This document shows positions 36,831 through 48,536 of a DNA stretch of 64,000 nt, one piece after another (within the stretch, counting starts at the first letter, position 1; each line of letters opens with the position of its first letter). The DNA comes from Eutreptiella sp. 'Long Island Sound 2002' (lineage: Eukaryota > Protista > Euglenida), in assembly GCA_964036045.1 (NCBI GenBank), contig OZ038378.1, positions 166,408,001 through 166,472,000 on the forward strand. The letters are read 5' to 3'. A program made the translations under genes and the position numbers. The notes under the pieces are model-generated. The model searched no databases. It saw only the letters and a list, made by a program, of their open reading frames with translations, and was not told where the DNA came from.

Positions 36831-37669
36831 TTACCATAAACGATGCCTTCTGCGAGTCCCCACATGCAACGATTCACCGCGCCCTCAGAGCCACCATCAC
36901 AGGTGCACATGTGGTAGAGGTTTTCGGGGAAAAGGACGGCGGGCGGGTGTGGGACCAAGCCCCCTCAGGCACGTGGGAAAAGGTGGTTACCCCCCCCCCC
37001 CCCGACGGTGAGGTTTTGAGAACAGACCAGCAACCCACGTACCATGCGCACGGTGTCTTGTGGGGCATTGAGTTTCTTTTGGCCCCAGCCCCCAAACCTT
37101 CTTCCGAGGGCGCACCAAAGCGGCAGCGACTTACCATCTTAGGTGCATGGTTGCAGGCCAAGGGTGAGGTCCAGGGCCAGGTTGAGACCGCAGAAGCCCC
37201 CCCCCCCCCCTGCCTAAGCTGGGGATGCACTGTGTTGGGTCTTCATCAGCCCTCTTTTTCGCTCTGATGTCTTCCATCTCTGCTGCCCTGGCTGCCCGCT
37301 CCCAGCCACCAGCTCCTGCCGCCGTCCCCATCTCCTCGGGTCGACTGGCCGAACTTGGGAGTGGGAACCCCAGCGCCGGTAGCAGTGCCGGTGCCAGCAA
37401 CCCTTCGCCAGCCACCCCCGCTTTGTGGGAGGCGCCAGCAGTCGGAGGAGCAGCAGGAGCAGCAGCAGCAGGGCCCGCCGCCGCAGCAGAAGATGCGGAG
37501 GACCCCAAGGCCATGCAGGCTGCCCACTGCGCAGCTTTGTTGGCGGCCGTTGCAGCTGTGCAAGTCCAGATGGTGCTTGCACAGCTGAGTAAGAAGACAA
37601 TGTCCTGGTTCGCGGCCGGGGCACGCTACGGGCCAGGGGGGGAGGGGGTGGTGGTGTGGGTCACTCGGG

Positions 37670-38692
37670 GTCGAGCACACTTTGGACCCTTGGATCTCGA
37701 AACTGGTTGGAGCAATCCTGGCAAATGAAGGTTCTGGTGAAAGGTACTGGTTGGGGCTTTCCATACATGGTTCCTTTGAAACCAACCAAAACAGTGGCGC
37801 AGAGGCAGGGGGCGGATAGTCGAGCACACTTTGGACCCTTGGATCTCGAAACTCGTTGGAGCAATCCTGGCAAATGAAGGTTCTGGTGAAAGGTACTGGT
37901 TGGGGCTTTCCATACATGGTTCCTTTGAAACCAACCAAAACAGTGGCACAGAGGCAGGGGGCGGATAGTCGAGCACACTTTGGACCCTTGGATCTCGAAA
38001 CTGGTTGGAGCAATCCTGGCAATTCAAGGTTCTGGTGAAAGGTACTGGTTGGGGCTTTCCATACATGGGTCCTTTGAGACCAAGCAAAACAGTGGCGCAG
38101 AGGGAGGGGGCGGATAGTCGAGCACACTTTGGACCCTTGGATCTCGAAACTGGTTGGAGCAATCCGGGCAAATGAAGGTTCTCGTGAAAGGTACTGGTTG
38201 GGGCTTTCCATACATGGTTCCCTTGAAACTAACCGAAACAGTGGCGCAGAGGGAGGGGGCCGATAGTTGAGCATACTTTGGACCCTTGGATCTCGAAACT
38301 GGTTGGAGCAATCCTAGCAAATGAAGGTTCTGGTGAAAGGTACTGGTTGGGGCTTTCCATACATGGTTCCTTTGAAACCAACCAAAACAGTGGCGCAGAG
38401 GGAGGGGGCGGATAGTTGAGCATACTTTGGACCCTTGGATCTCGAAACTGGTTGGAGCAATCCTGGCAAATGAAGGTTCTGGTGAAAGGTACTGGTTGGG
38501 GCTTTCCATACATGGTTCCTTTGAAACCAACCAAAACAGTGGTGCAGAGTGAGGGGGCGGATAGTCGAGCACACTTTGGACCCTTGGATTTCGAAACTGG
38601 TTGGAGCAATCCTGGCAATTCAAGGTTCTGGTGAAAGGTACCCGTTGGGGCTTTCCATACATGGTTCCTTTGAAACAAACCAAAACAGTGGC
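37670..38692 (+). repeat. 149-bp satellite, ~6.9 copies
   Basis: GT(C/T)GAGCA recurs at 37670, 37819, 37968, 38117, 38266, 38415 and 38564; units are highly similar. Confidence 0.97.
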
Positions 38693-38716
38693 CTACTGCA
38701 ATCTTCTGTTTCCCAG

Positions 38717-41205
38717 GCACCATGTTTCACCATGAATTTGTTGTGAACAACCATGCTATATGGGTGAAGGGGGAGATCTCCAAGCTGGAGGCATTCGCCA
38801 GCATATGCCCTATTCCAGCTGATCAATTCATGGTGTCAGCCTTTGCCATGAACTTCCCCACGGCCACCCCCTTGCAGGCCAAGGACCTAGACCAGCTACA
38901 GCGCCCCCCAAGTGGCACCTTCACAGTTGTGCGTAGGTCCCTTGGCCCTTTGCCTACCACACAGGCCACATGAGTCACCCAAGCACCAGAGTGCCAGGCT
39001 GCTGCACTTCGCCTTCGCCATGAGCATGTGGTGCCAGCCGCTGTCTTGCGCACCTTAGACCATCTCCAACCAGGGGTTGGTTGGTCAATGGTTGCTTTAA
39101 GGCAACAGGAGGACCTGCATCTTCCTGCAGTGGACTACTCCCTGGACAACAGGAAGTTGTTACCACAGCTGTGCCACCTACTTCTACAGAAGTGTGGCTC
39201 ATTGGTTGCCCAAGGCCGGCAGAAACCCCCACCACCCCATGCCACCCTGACCTTAGGCCTCTACGCAGACGGTTACCAGCCCCGGGGCCGTCCAAATATT
39301 AACACAAAAATCAGTATAATTGATTTCCAGGGACACTGGTTCCCAATGTCTGGCAATGTGCCTAGGTGCACAGACATGTTGACCTGGCAAGAGCTTCCCA
39401 AGGTCAGTGATTGCGAGTGGCTACCCAAACGTGCAGAGGCCTTACAAGCCCTGCCTTCTTGTAAATTTAAGCAACGTATGAAGTATGCCGGTGCAGTGTA
39501 CAACACCACCCTGCAGATAAGGCTCGGAGCAATCACTGCCGATCACCACCATTTGTGGTCTGAGTGCCGGCAAAAGGGCTGTGTGGCGTGTCCCTGGGTG
39601 AATAAGGATGGGGCGGGAGAACTCTTTTTGCACAAAGGGGGATGTCTCAATGGTGTGCGTGGGTCCCATAAGTTTCAGGGGGTTTCTAACCTGGAAGAGG
39701 TATATATTGTGCAACCTGTATTGCACAACACCAAAGGAGCAGCCTCCAGGATCCTGGGTGTCATAGGTCGAACACTACCAGCGCCCTACAACCATGACAT
39801 GCTCCAGGTCATAGCACATGTGGCAAGGAGGTATGATCCTGAATCTTTGCCACCTGATAGCAGGCAGCACATGCGTCACGTACGAGGTAGATTCCAGGCA
39901 GGCATTAGCCTCACAGGTCGCGAGGCCCGCACAGTCATGGGCAGACTAGCAGGGGGTATGGTGCTCCCCCTGCCTTTCCATTCCTTGGTGGTGGCATTTT
40001 GCCAGATGGTGCATCTATGCTATGGTTGTAATAACCTGGCAACTGTCACATGGCAAGCTATGGGGATGTTGCACACATATATTGTGCACATCATCCCCAA
40101 GTTTGCTGAAGAAGGTTGCACTGCTACCTTATATATGCATGGGTGGTCCCACACATGGTTTAATCCACGGACACCCATGCTGTATTCCGATGAGGCCGGC
40201 GAGCGGGATCTCAGGGTGGCCAAGAGATATGCCCCCGTCACTAGTACCAGGCAAGATGCCAGTATTAGTGAAAGTTTGAAGCATGAGCTGTATCAAAAGT
40301 TCGTGCAGAAAAAAAAGAAGATCCCCTGTGCCAAAATTTGGGTGCCCGTGCAACGAAACGTTGTTCTGGAGGCGTGCATGGTTGCTGCCAATGCCGTGTG
40401 GCATGTGGTCTTCTAACGCCTCTTAGAGCATTTGCTGCATTTCCAAGATGGAGGTGGTTGCTCCCTATATATGCACCCAGACACCCGTTCGGTGAAATGC
40501 ACCTTTCTAGGTGCAAATCCCGAGAGTGATGTGGTATGTGTGTGTGGGACCTGTGGCTCAAAGCGTGGTGTCCGTCAATGGGTACCACTGGACAGGGAAG
40601 CTGTCTGCAAGTGGCCCAAACTGGGTTTGAAGAGCCGTGCCACATTTAAGTCCTGTGATGCACGCCGTAAGGCGCTGAAGGACAAGGGAAAGGGTAAGGG
40701 ACGGGTGGGGCCCATCCCTCAAAGCAGAGTTTCTAACCCTGCGACAGTTGATATTGTACCCTCTTCGGAGGGCAAGGACAGTGCTGCTTCATTTCAAGGT
40801 CCTACGGGTTTGAACGAGCAGCAGCGTGTTCAACCCATGAGACGTACGAAGTTGGCGCGTGTACCCATTGTTGATAGCGACATTGAGCAGCAACATGTGT
40901 GCCCTCGTGGCAGTGGCAGTAGCAGCAGTAACAGTAGCAGGTGCAGCAGCAGCAGCAGCAGCAGTGATAGTGCGAGCAGTAGCAGTCCTGAGGATAATGA
41001 TTCGGATGATGATGCTGTGCACCTATCTCGTGCCTCCACAGTAAGTGCCTCAGATTCTTCCTCATCATCCAGTGACAACCCTGAACCGCAACCTCAACCC
41101 AAGAAGTATCGCCGTGTGGTGGTGGATGTGGATGCCATGTCAAGCGATGGCTGTCCTGTGCAGATGCTCAGCGAAGGAGAGTGCATCATTCACAGTTCAA
41201 GCTGA
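38717..41205 (+). pseudogene. Transib/Chapaev-like (RAG1-core-like) transposase, main exon, with 2 in-frame stops
   Basis: One frame from 38722 to 41205 with TGA 38971 and TAA 40414. Motifs: LYADG (D 39268), ITAD (D 39541), CVAC (39580-91), PVLHNTKG, MHGWSH...YSDEAGE (E 40201), C-terminal CVCGTC and a Ser-rich tail. A predicted upstream exon 37267-37588 joins in phase. Confidence 0.75.
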
Positions 41206-41617
41206 AATGAACAGGCAAGCCACTGAGCATTCACATTTCAAGCGTAAGTGAACGGTCATGCTTGTCTTTTTGTGTGTTTCTTTGCTGAGGTGTGGGATTT
41301 GGGAACCAAGAACGGTGTAGTTCATCGTACAAAAAACCGATGGAAAAACGCCTGGAAGTTTTTGAAATCCCTCGGAAAGACGCTCGGAAGTTTTGGCAGC
41401 CAGATCGGGTCCCAAAACGCAACCGATATCGGTAGGAATGTTCCATGGGCTCCCCAGCCGACCGTGCCGGGGGATCTCGGAAGAAATTTTGGCTGGGACT
41501 TCCGAGATCAACCCTGCAATATAAGTCCCATTTGCTGAGCATGAATGCTGAGCATTCCCAAATATCCTGAGCAATATGCTCAGCATTTTCCTGCCATTTT
41601 TTACCTTCTATGCTGTG

Positions 41618-42155
41618 CGTCCCAGCACCATGTGTCAAGCAAAAATGGCCATGGGGAGAAGCCCAAGCACCATCAAAACGGTCCTTTCGGCAGCAACATG
41701 GGCGGTTTCCATGGGCATCGCAGAGAATCCGGTACTAAGATTCTTCTGGAAGTATGTCAAGGGAGCAGAATGGGACGACAGGAAAGTTTTCGGGGGATCA
41801 GTTGAGGCGCTGCAGCCAATGGCTTCCCAGAACCAGTACCCTACCGAGTGGGCGGTGGTGGCAGCAGCAGTAGTGTCGACGGTGGCGGGGCTACGTGTCA
41901 GGGAAATGGCGGGAAGCAAAGTCCGAGGAGTGGACGGAATCCGAGGCACAATCTAATTTTGGGACGAGAGGGTTGAGCGTAAGGCGTACTCACGACGAGT
42001 GGGACTCTGGGCGCTCTGATGGGTCCTATTCTTGCATTGGTGGGCAATCCGCAAATTGGGCCGCACCTAGCACGACACCATCTTCCGTGGGCCACGCCAG
42101 CTGGACTACGTTATGGCGAAACTGTTGACAGGCTCCAAGTGGCAAGAAGCCCGGG
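41618..42155 (+). mobile_element. Tyrosine recombinase fragment (right part of the DIRS-like element)
   Basis: SPSTIKTVLSAATW (SAM-like region), then STVAGLRVREM (first catalytic Arg box, GLRxxE) and FWDERVERK...R; truncated before the HxxR/Y boxes. Confidence 0.65.
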
Positions 42156-42159
42156 CCTG

Positions 42160-44792
42160 CATAGAAGTCTTTGGCATAAGCCCCCGCCAATCACTTCGCG
42201 CCTCTTTTACCCCAGCATCTCTCCCGCTGCGGTGGTTGTCCTCCTGACGCCACTACCTGTGTCCCCTAGGATCTCTTCCGCTTGTGCTGCTGTCGCGCCA
42301 CTCGAGATTGTTGCTTGCGGGCCCACCGTGCCGAGCTGTATTGCTGTAGACGCTGCAAATGGTGCCAGAAAACGGGTCTGCCTTTCATTCTTGCTGTAGT
42401 GCCAACCCCCAATGGGACCAGGGATCGGCACCTGTTGGTGATGCCGACGGGAAGAATAGACTCCCGTCCTGCCGCTCTCCGTAGCAGACTTGTCGCCAGC
42501 TGGATAACCCGGCCTTTTCCATGCAGGGACATCTCCGCGCCCACGAGAGAGGGATAATTCTCCTCGCATGTGATTCCAACTCCACTGCCAGCTCCATAAA
42601 GGATACTTGTCGATGTGCCTGCGGCATGGTGTCATTGCTTGGTAGCTACTGCAGCTCTAAGAGCCAGCGCAGTATGGCCGGCAGAAACTCGGCCCCCCAT
42701 TTCCCTTCTTTGGGCAGTGATCCCGGCTCCAACAGCTACATCATACGCGCTTTCGGAAAACGAGGTTGCACGTGGTGCCAGGGATAACAATCCTGCGGCG
42801 CTTTGCGTTACTCCAGGGGAAATAGGAGGCAGGCCTCCTCCTCCCGCTGCATTGTGGCCCACAACACCGCCATGAACATGCCATGTAACTTGTGGCTGAA
42901 TCGCTCTGGCTCGTTGTGATTGTCGTCCGCCCATCGCTGCCCCGCTAGGGCCAGTTCCCCTCTGTGGCGACATGCCTCCTCGTAGTCCTCCCCACGGCAT
43001 TGGGCCCAGGGCCCAATGCCGTGAGACTTTGTGCAGCTCTCTACAATATTTTTTGCACCTCGGCCCCTGCGCCAATCCACTGCGCGTCGCCGCCAATTCC
43101 GGCAACAGTTCGCAAAGGCGGAGGCATGGGGGCCACTCTGACAGTGCCCCCAACTTGAGTGCTCTCGCTAGCAGCATGACGTCTGGCAGGCTTGAGTCTT
43201 TGGTGGCCTTCCAAGTCTCACACCACCATAGGAGGTGGTCTTCATCCTCCCAGGTCCCCTTGGGGCAGTAGCAATCATCCTGCCAGACTCCTCTGCGATG
43301 CACCCTGTCGGCTGTCCATACAGCCCCTGCCAGCAGCCCTCTGAGTAGCAACTTGTCTAACTTGGCGCCCAGGCGCACAGCGCCAATTCACTCAAAGTTA
43401 GTTCCGCGTCGAGGCGGGCTCCCATACCGCCGAGGATGCAAGGCATGCGTTTCTCCAACACCTCCAAGTGGTGCTCCCTCAGCGACCCTCGAAATAGATT
43501 CTTCACGTATTCTTTGGACGCATGTACAAGGTGCACGGAAATCCCAGTGCGCGGCATGGCCTAGCTCCACCACCCCTGCATGTTGCGCTAGCCCAGCCTA
43601 CGAAACTCATGCAGGGCCCTTCCCAGCAGCTCAATAGCCTTGGGTCTCTCCGTGTGCTCCCAAATGGCTTGTGTGACCGTCTGGGCCGTGCCCGGGCTGC
43701 GCGCAATCTGCGCCAGCCTGCACATTCTCTTGTATGGGACAACCATCGAGGGGGCCACCTTGTGCCATGGCAGTAGAAGGGCAAACCCCACCTCCTTCGC
43801 TCTACAAGTCTGCTGGGCCCCCATATCGCCGTCATGATCGCTGTCTCCAGGCTGTGGATGTCTCTCTTCGCGTTGTCTGCTTGACTCCACTCCAAATAGC
43901 GCCGCCGCCACAATCATGACTGCCGCCACCGTGGCCTTTCGATCAAAACCCCCGGGTATCGTGCGGGACTTCCATGGTGCCTTCTTGCCTTCTGCACTGC
44001 GTTTCTGCAGTAGCGGACCCATGCCTCATTGCGGCACGGTGCGTACCCCCGCCCCCAGCTGTTGAAATTCTTACTGGGTATTCACATCCCATCCGGCATC
44101 GCATCTAGCGTGGCCAACCGTTTGCGTGCTGAGTGAGTCACCGTGAAATCCAGGGATTTTTTGGCATTCACTTCCTGCCCTGTTACCTGCAGCCGCCTGC
44201 TAGTTGCTGCCAGCAAAGCCAGCAGCGAAAGGAGGTGCATGGCCAGCATGTATGTGTCGTCGGCGTAGCCTTCAGCCGATCCGGCGATCTTCGTCCCCAG
44301 GGCTGTATCCTCGGCATCTTCTTGGCCATCATCCGACATGCGCGTTTCATCACTTGCACTATCCTCAATGCCTGCTCGAAAGAGGTTTCTCGGCAGGATC
44401 GGGGAGTTTGCCCCCTCGCTGGTCGCCTCCGACGTGGTACCTGGTGAGAGGCGGCCTCTTAGCGACTCTCTGGAGTATTCCGTGGTTGCTGGGGTGGGCA
44501 TTTCTTGCAGCCTGAGGCGTCCCCATATCTTGTCTGCTGGCGTAGGCACTCCGGCCCGGCATCCTTCCGGTCTTTGCGGAGGTTGCGTGGCTCCCCCGTG
44601 GTCTGGGTCCAGTGGGGGTTAGTGCTCTGCCATGCTCCCAGCCGCAGCATGGCTGCACACATCTCCAGACCCATAGCTGGTCTAGGCCCGTCGACCAATA
44701 GCACGAGGGGAGCTCTTCCTGCTTCCGTGCCGGCGGCATTTCCTTCGTGGTGATTGTCACCGGTCGCTCGACGTCGTTGATGATGCTTTTCC
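42160..44792 (-). mobile_element. Non-LTR retrotransposon 1, 3' part (RT C-terminal half, zinc knuckle)
   Basis: EGYADDTYML (~44255-44275), LQVTGQEVNAKKS and CYCPKGTWEDEDHLLWWC; many frameshifts. Confidence 0.8.
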
Positions 44793-45736
44793 TCAGGGGG
44801 GGCCGGGACAATGGGCCAGATGCTGACTCCTTTCCGCTTCCGTGCCACTTTCAGTGTGCGTCGGTGGGGGCTGGGTTCGGGGGAGGGGTTTGGGGGCCGG
44901 CTAGAGAGGGGGGGGAGAGCTTCTGGACCCCTACATACATGGCTTGAAATGGCCGTTTCATCGCGCCCATCAATTACAGATGTAGGGGCCAAAGATATTG
45001 CAACAGGGGTGGGGGGGGCATGGTAGATGGTGCTTTTGTTTAAGGGCATAACACCCTCGAGTCAATTCCCGGCCACTATTGCTAGTGGGGCCCACCCAGG
45101 CTAAACCATGCTGTTTTCAAGGCAGAGTTGAGGTATGTTTTGAAACCCTCTGGAGGAGCGTGGGGAGGAGGTGTGGGGCTGCACCACATGCACAATGTCT
45201 TTTTGAAAAAAAATCCCTCCCTGCACTACGTGCCCACAACGTGCGCACATACACCCGTGGTACATCGTGTGCAATAATGCATCGCGTGCCCTTCGTGGGG
45301 TGCTTCTCCTTGGGTGATGGAAGTGGTGGAGGTGAGGGAGGTAAAGGAAGTAGGCCTAATAACTTCTCAATGCATACGCCATGGCTTGCTATAGAGCAAA
45401 GTAGTAAGCATGACAACCCTTGGTACACGCTAGAAGACCCAATCTCGTTCTAGCCTAGAACCTGCTAGAGCGGCTAGAACGAAAAAAAGAGGGGGATACC
45501 CCCCACCCGCAGGGGGGGGGGGGGATTTGAGGTGTCTAACCTGGACCCCCCTATCCGTACTCGGGGGCCCATACTTTTTTTTTTCACAATTTCATTGTTT
45601 TCACCTGATTTTGGAGTCCAAAAATTCTTCGTTCTAGCGGCGTTCTAGCGACGTTCTAGCGAGCGCCGCTAGAACGCCGCTAGAACGGTTCGCTAGAACG
45701 CCGCTAGAACAATATATATGAATGCTCCGCCACTCC

Positions 45737-48421
45737 TCAAAGAGAAGCTGCCCCGGCTACCATGGCCAGCCGTGGCCAATCATAGGGTCCCGATGCTGGA
45801 CCCGACTCACGGAGCGCCGGGTTGCCCCCCCCCACCCCCCTTACCCCCCGGTTAGCCCCCCACCACACCCCATAGGTCACTTGGAAGGTCACTTGGCGGG
45901 CCGGCGCCGGGTCACTTGGTGGTGGGTTAGCCCGATTAGCCCGGTTAGGCCGATTAGCCCCCCTGCCCCCCCAGGCCGCCATTCGAGAATCGCGACACGC
46001 AAGTTCCCCCTCCTGCCTGGTGGGGGGTTGCCGGGGCTCATCCTTGCTCCCGGCACCCCCCTTCTCAGCCCCCTTGTTCCCTTCGTTCTCACCCCCCACC
46101 TCACCCCCCACCTCACCCCCCTTATCACCCCCCCTCCCCCTTGTCACCACCCTCGTCCCCCTTGTCATCCCCGTCATCCCCTCGTCCCCGTCGTCCCCCG
46201 CCCCCAAAGCCTCCCGGAGGCGGGCCTCCGCCTCCTCCCGGGTGCAGAAGAGAAGCTCCCCCGGCACCCGGAAGGTGCCCCCCTCTTTCTCCCGCTTCCC
46301 CTTCTTCCCCTTCTTCCGCTTCTTCCCCCCCTCTCCATTGGACACCTGCGACACCACCACTCCCCCGGGTCCAACTCCTCATCCCAATCCCCCAACACCG
46401 TCACTTGGCTGACGGTCCCCCCATTGCCCCCCTCCGCCCAAGGGACATACGGGGTGTCCCCCACACCCGGCACATTCCCATAGGGGTTCCGGCCCCTATC
46501 TTGCAAGGGGGGGGCTTGGGGTTTGGGGGGGGGGTGGCTTTGCCCTTGCCCTTGCCCTGGGGTTTGGCCTTGGCCTTGGGCTTGCTTTGCTGGGCTTGGG
46601 GGGGGGGGGGGCGTCTTCCTCGCTACTCTCGAAGTGGCGGGGCTTTTTCTCGGGGGCTTTTGGGGCAGTTTTGGGGGCCTTGGGGGGGGGTGCCCTCCCC
46701 CCGCAGCTGGTGCTGCTGGTGCTGCTGATGCTGGTGTCCCCCGCCTGGTCCTACAACCTCCCGCAACCCTTGCGCTTCGGGTCCATGCCCCCCGCACTGC
46801 TGCCCGCTTCCCAGCTACCGAAACTCTCCAGCACCGAGAGGGCCAAATTGGGGTCCTTCCCCATCATCCGGCCCAACTTGGTGACCCCCACGAGCCGCGT
46901 CCGGCCTCCGCCATCGCGCCACTCCACGCGCACCTCGCGGGGGTCGGCTCCACACGTCTCCACGCTGACAACCCGAGGACATAAACATAATCCAGGTGCG
47001 TTCTAGTGGCGTTCTAGGCAACTGTTCTAGCGGCGTTCTAGCAACGTTCTAGCGGCGGCGGCACGGCGGTGGCTAGATCAACGCTAGAATGGTTCGCTAG
47101 ATCAACGCTAGAACGCAATCAACATACCGTGCCTTGGCGGTCCAGGTCGGGGGAGATGGCCCCTAGAGCCTTGGCGAAGGCGTCCCGGGGGTTGGAGGGG
47201 TGCGGCTGCGGGGTGCCCCTAGCGGGGGTTGCGGCGGGCTTGGGCTTGGACTTGGGCCGGGAGGCGATGCTGTGCACCGCCCCGGCATACGCCCCCCGGT
47301 TCGCCGCCTCCGGGTTGAAACCCCCCATGTCCATCAGCGCCGACCAGGTCGGCGTCCAGGTCCACGCCTTCCCCGCATACTCCATCCCCCCCAAGCCCAA
47401 CCCCTGCCAGCAGTTGGCGACCAATCGCCAATGGGTGGCCCCCCCCTTTTTCCTCTCGGGGGTGAAGAGATTGGTTTGCGCCAACTCGAACAACTTCACC
47501 CCTTTTTCGGGGGGCGGGGGGGCGCACCTCCCCCCATCTCTTCCCCGGCCCCGGCAACTCAGGTTGCCACCCCCACCACCTGTTGACCACCCCTAGGCGC
47601 AGGGGCTTGTCCAGGTGGACCCCCCCCCCCCTCGTCCACCCATACCCCCCCCCCCCCCCAACAACCGGTGGTGCACCTGCTGCAACAAAAACCGGAGAGT
47701 CCAAACCGGACCCTTCGGGGCGACGAGGAGGGGGGTGTCCAGGTTTGGGGGGTGGGGGCCATCCAAGACAGCCGGGTCCCATGGCAGGTCCTGGATCGCC
47801 CCCGCATCCCTCGACCCCATCATCCCCCTGAGCCACTGCCCCCCCCCCCCCCCCCGCCGGCCTCTCCACCACCACCTTCGCCTCCACCTCCTCCTTCACC
47901 ATCCCCTCCTCCATCTCCTCCGCCTCCACTTCCACCTCCACCACCTCGTCCTCCTCCTCCTCCTTCACATTCTCCAGCCTCCTCGCCAACACCAGCTCCG
48001 TCTTCCGCACGCTGCGATCGAGCGCCTCGATCGCGTCCCCCTTCTCCGCCACCTTGGCCTTCGCCTTGCGGAGAGTGTCCTCCGCCATGCGGATCCTCTC
48101 CTCATCCCCCATCGCCCGCACCTCGGCCAGCTTGGTCTCCCATTGGGAGACCTTGGTCTCCAGCTTGGCCTTGGCCCCCTTGGAGGCTGCGAGGGAAGCC
48201 GAGAACTCTTAGAGCTCCCCCCGCATTTCCTCCACCTCCGGGTCTTCCGGCGCCGCCGCCACCAACTTCCTGCCGGCCAACGGGTGACGGGGTGGCAATG
48301 GTGGAGGTGGGGCTTGGGGTTGGGGCTGGGGCTTGGCCTTGGGCTTGGCGAGGGGGGGTGGCTTGGCCTTGGGCTTGGCCTCGGCCTGCTCGGCCTGCGC
48401 CTGCTGCTGCGCCGCCATCAC
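45737..48421 (-). pseudogene. Frameshifted accessory ORF(s) of the CTAG element (coiled coil, Pro/Gly-rich), with predicted intron 46965-47127
   Basis: GC-rich broken frames (MAEDTLRKAKAKVAEKGDAIEALDRSVRK...; VETCGADPREVRVEWRDG); donor GTATG at 47127, acceptor TGTCAG at 46965. Confidence 0.4.
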
Positions 48422-48536
48422 CTACGCAATCAGCGCCTGGGTCGCCGCATTCTATAGGAAACACAGGAGCATGCCACTTGCGACCGCGGCCCCCCATGCA
48501 CAACCCACGACGCGTCAAAGTATGCAAACAGCCATG

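Larger units (their letters stand above)
35477..41617 (+). mobile_element. CMC/Transib-like DDE transposon (6.1 kb)
   Basis: 12-bp TIRs CCCAGCATAGAA / CACAGCATAGAA (11/12) and a possible 2-bp TSD TG/CG. Its removal rejoins the YR frame. A ~145-bp subterminal direct repeat lies at ~35575-35718 and ~41350-41490. Confidence 0.7.

Noticed and set aside
4191-38692. 31-, 46-, 85- and 149-bp arrays as CRISPR arrays
   Set aside because: The units are head-to-tail with no unique spacers, there are no cas genes, and the context is eukaryotic.
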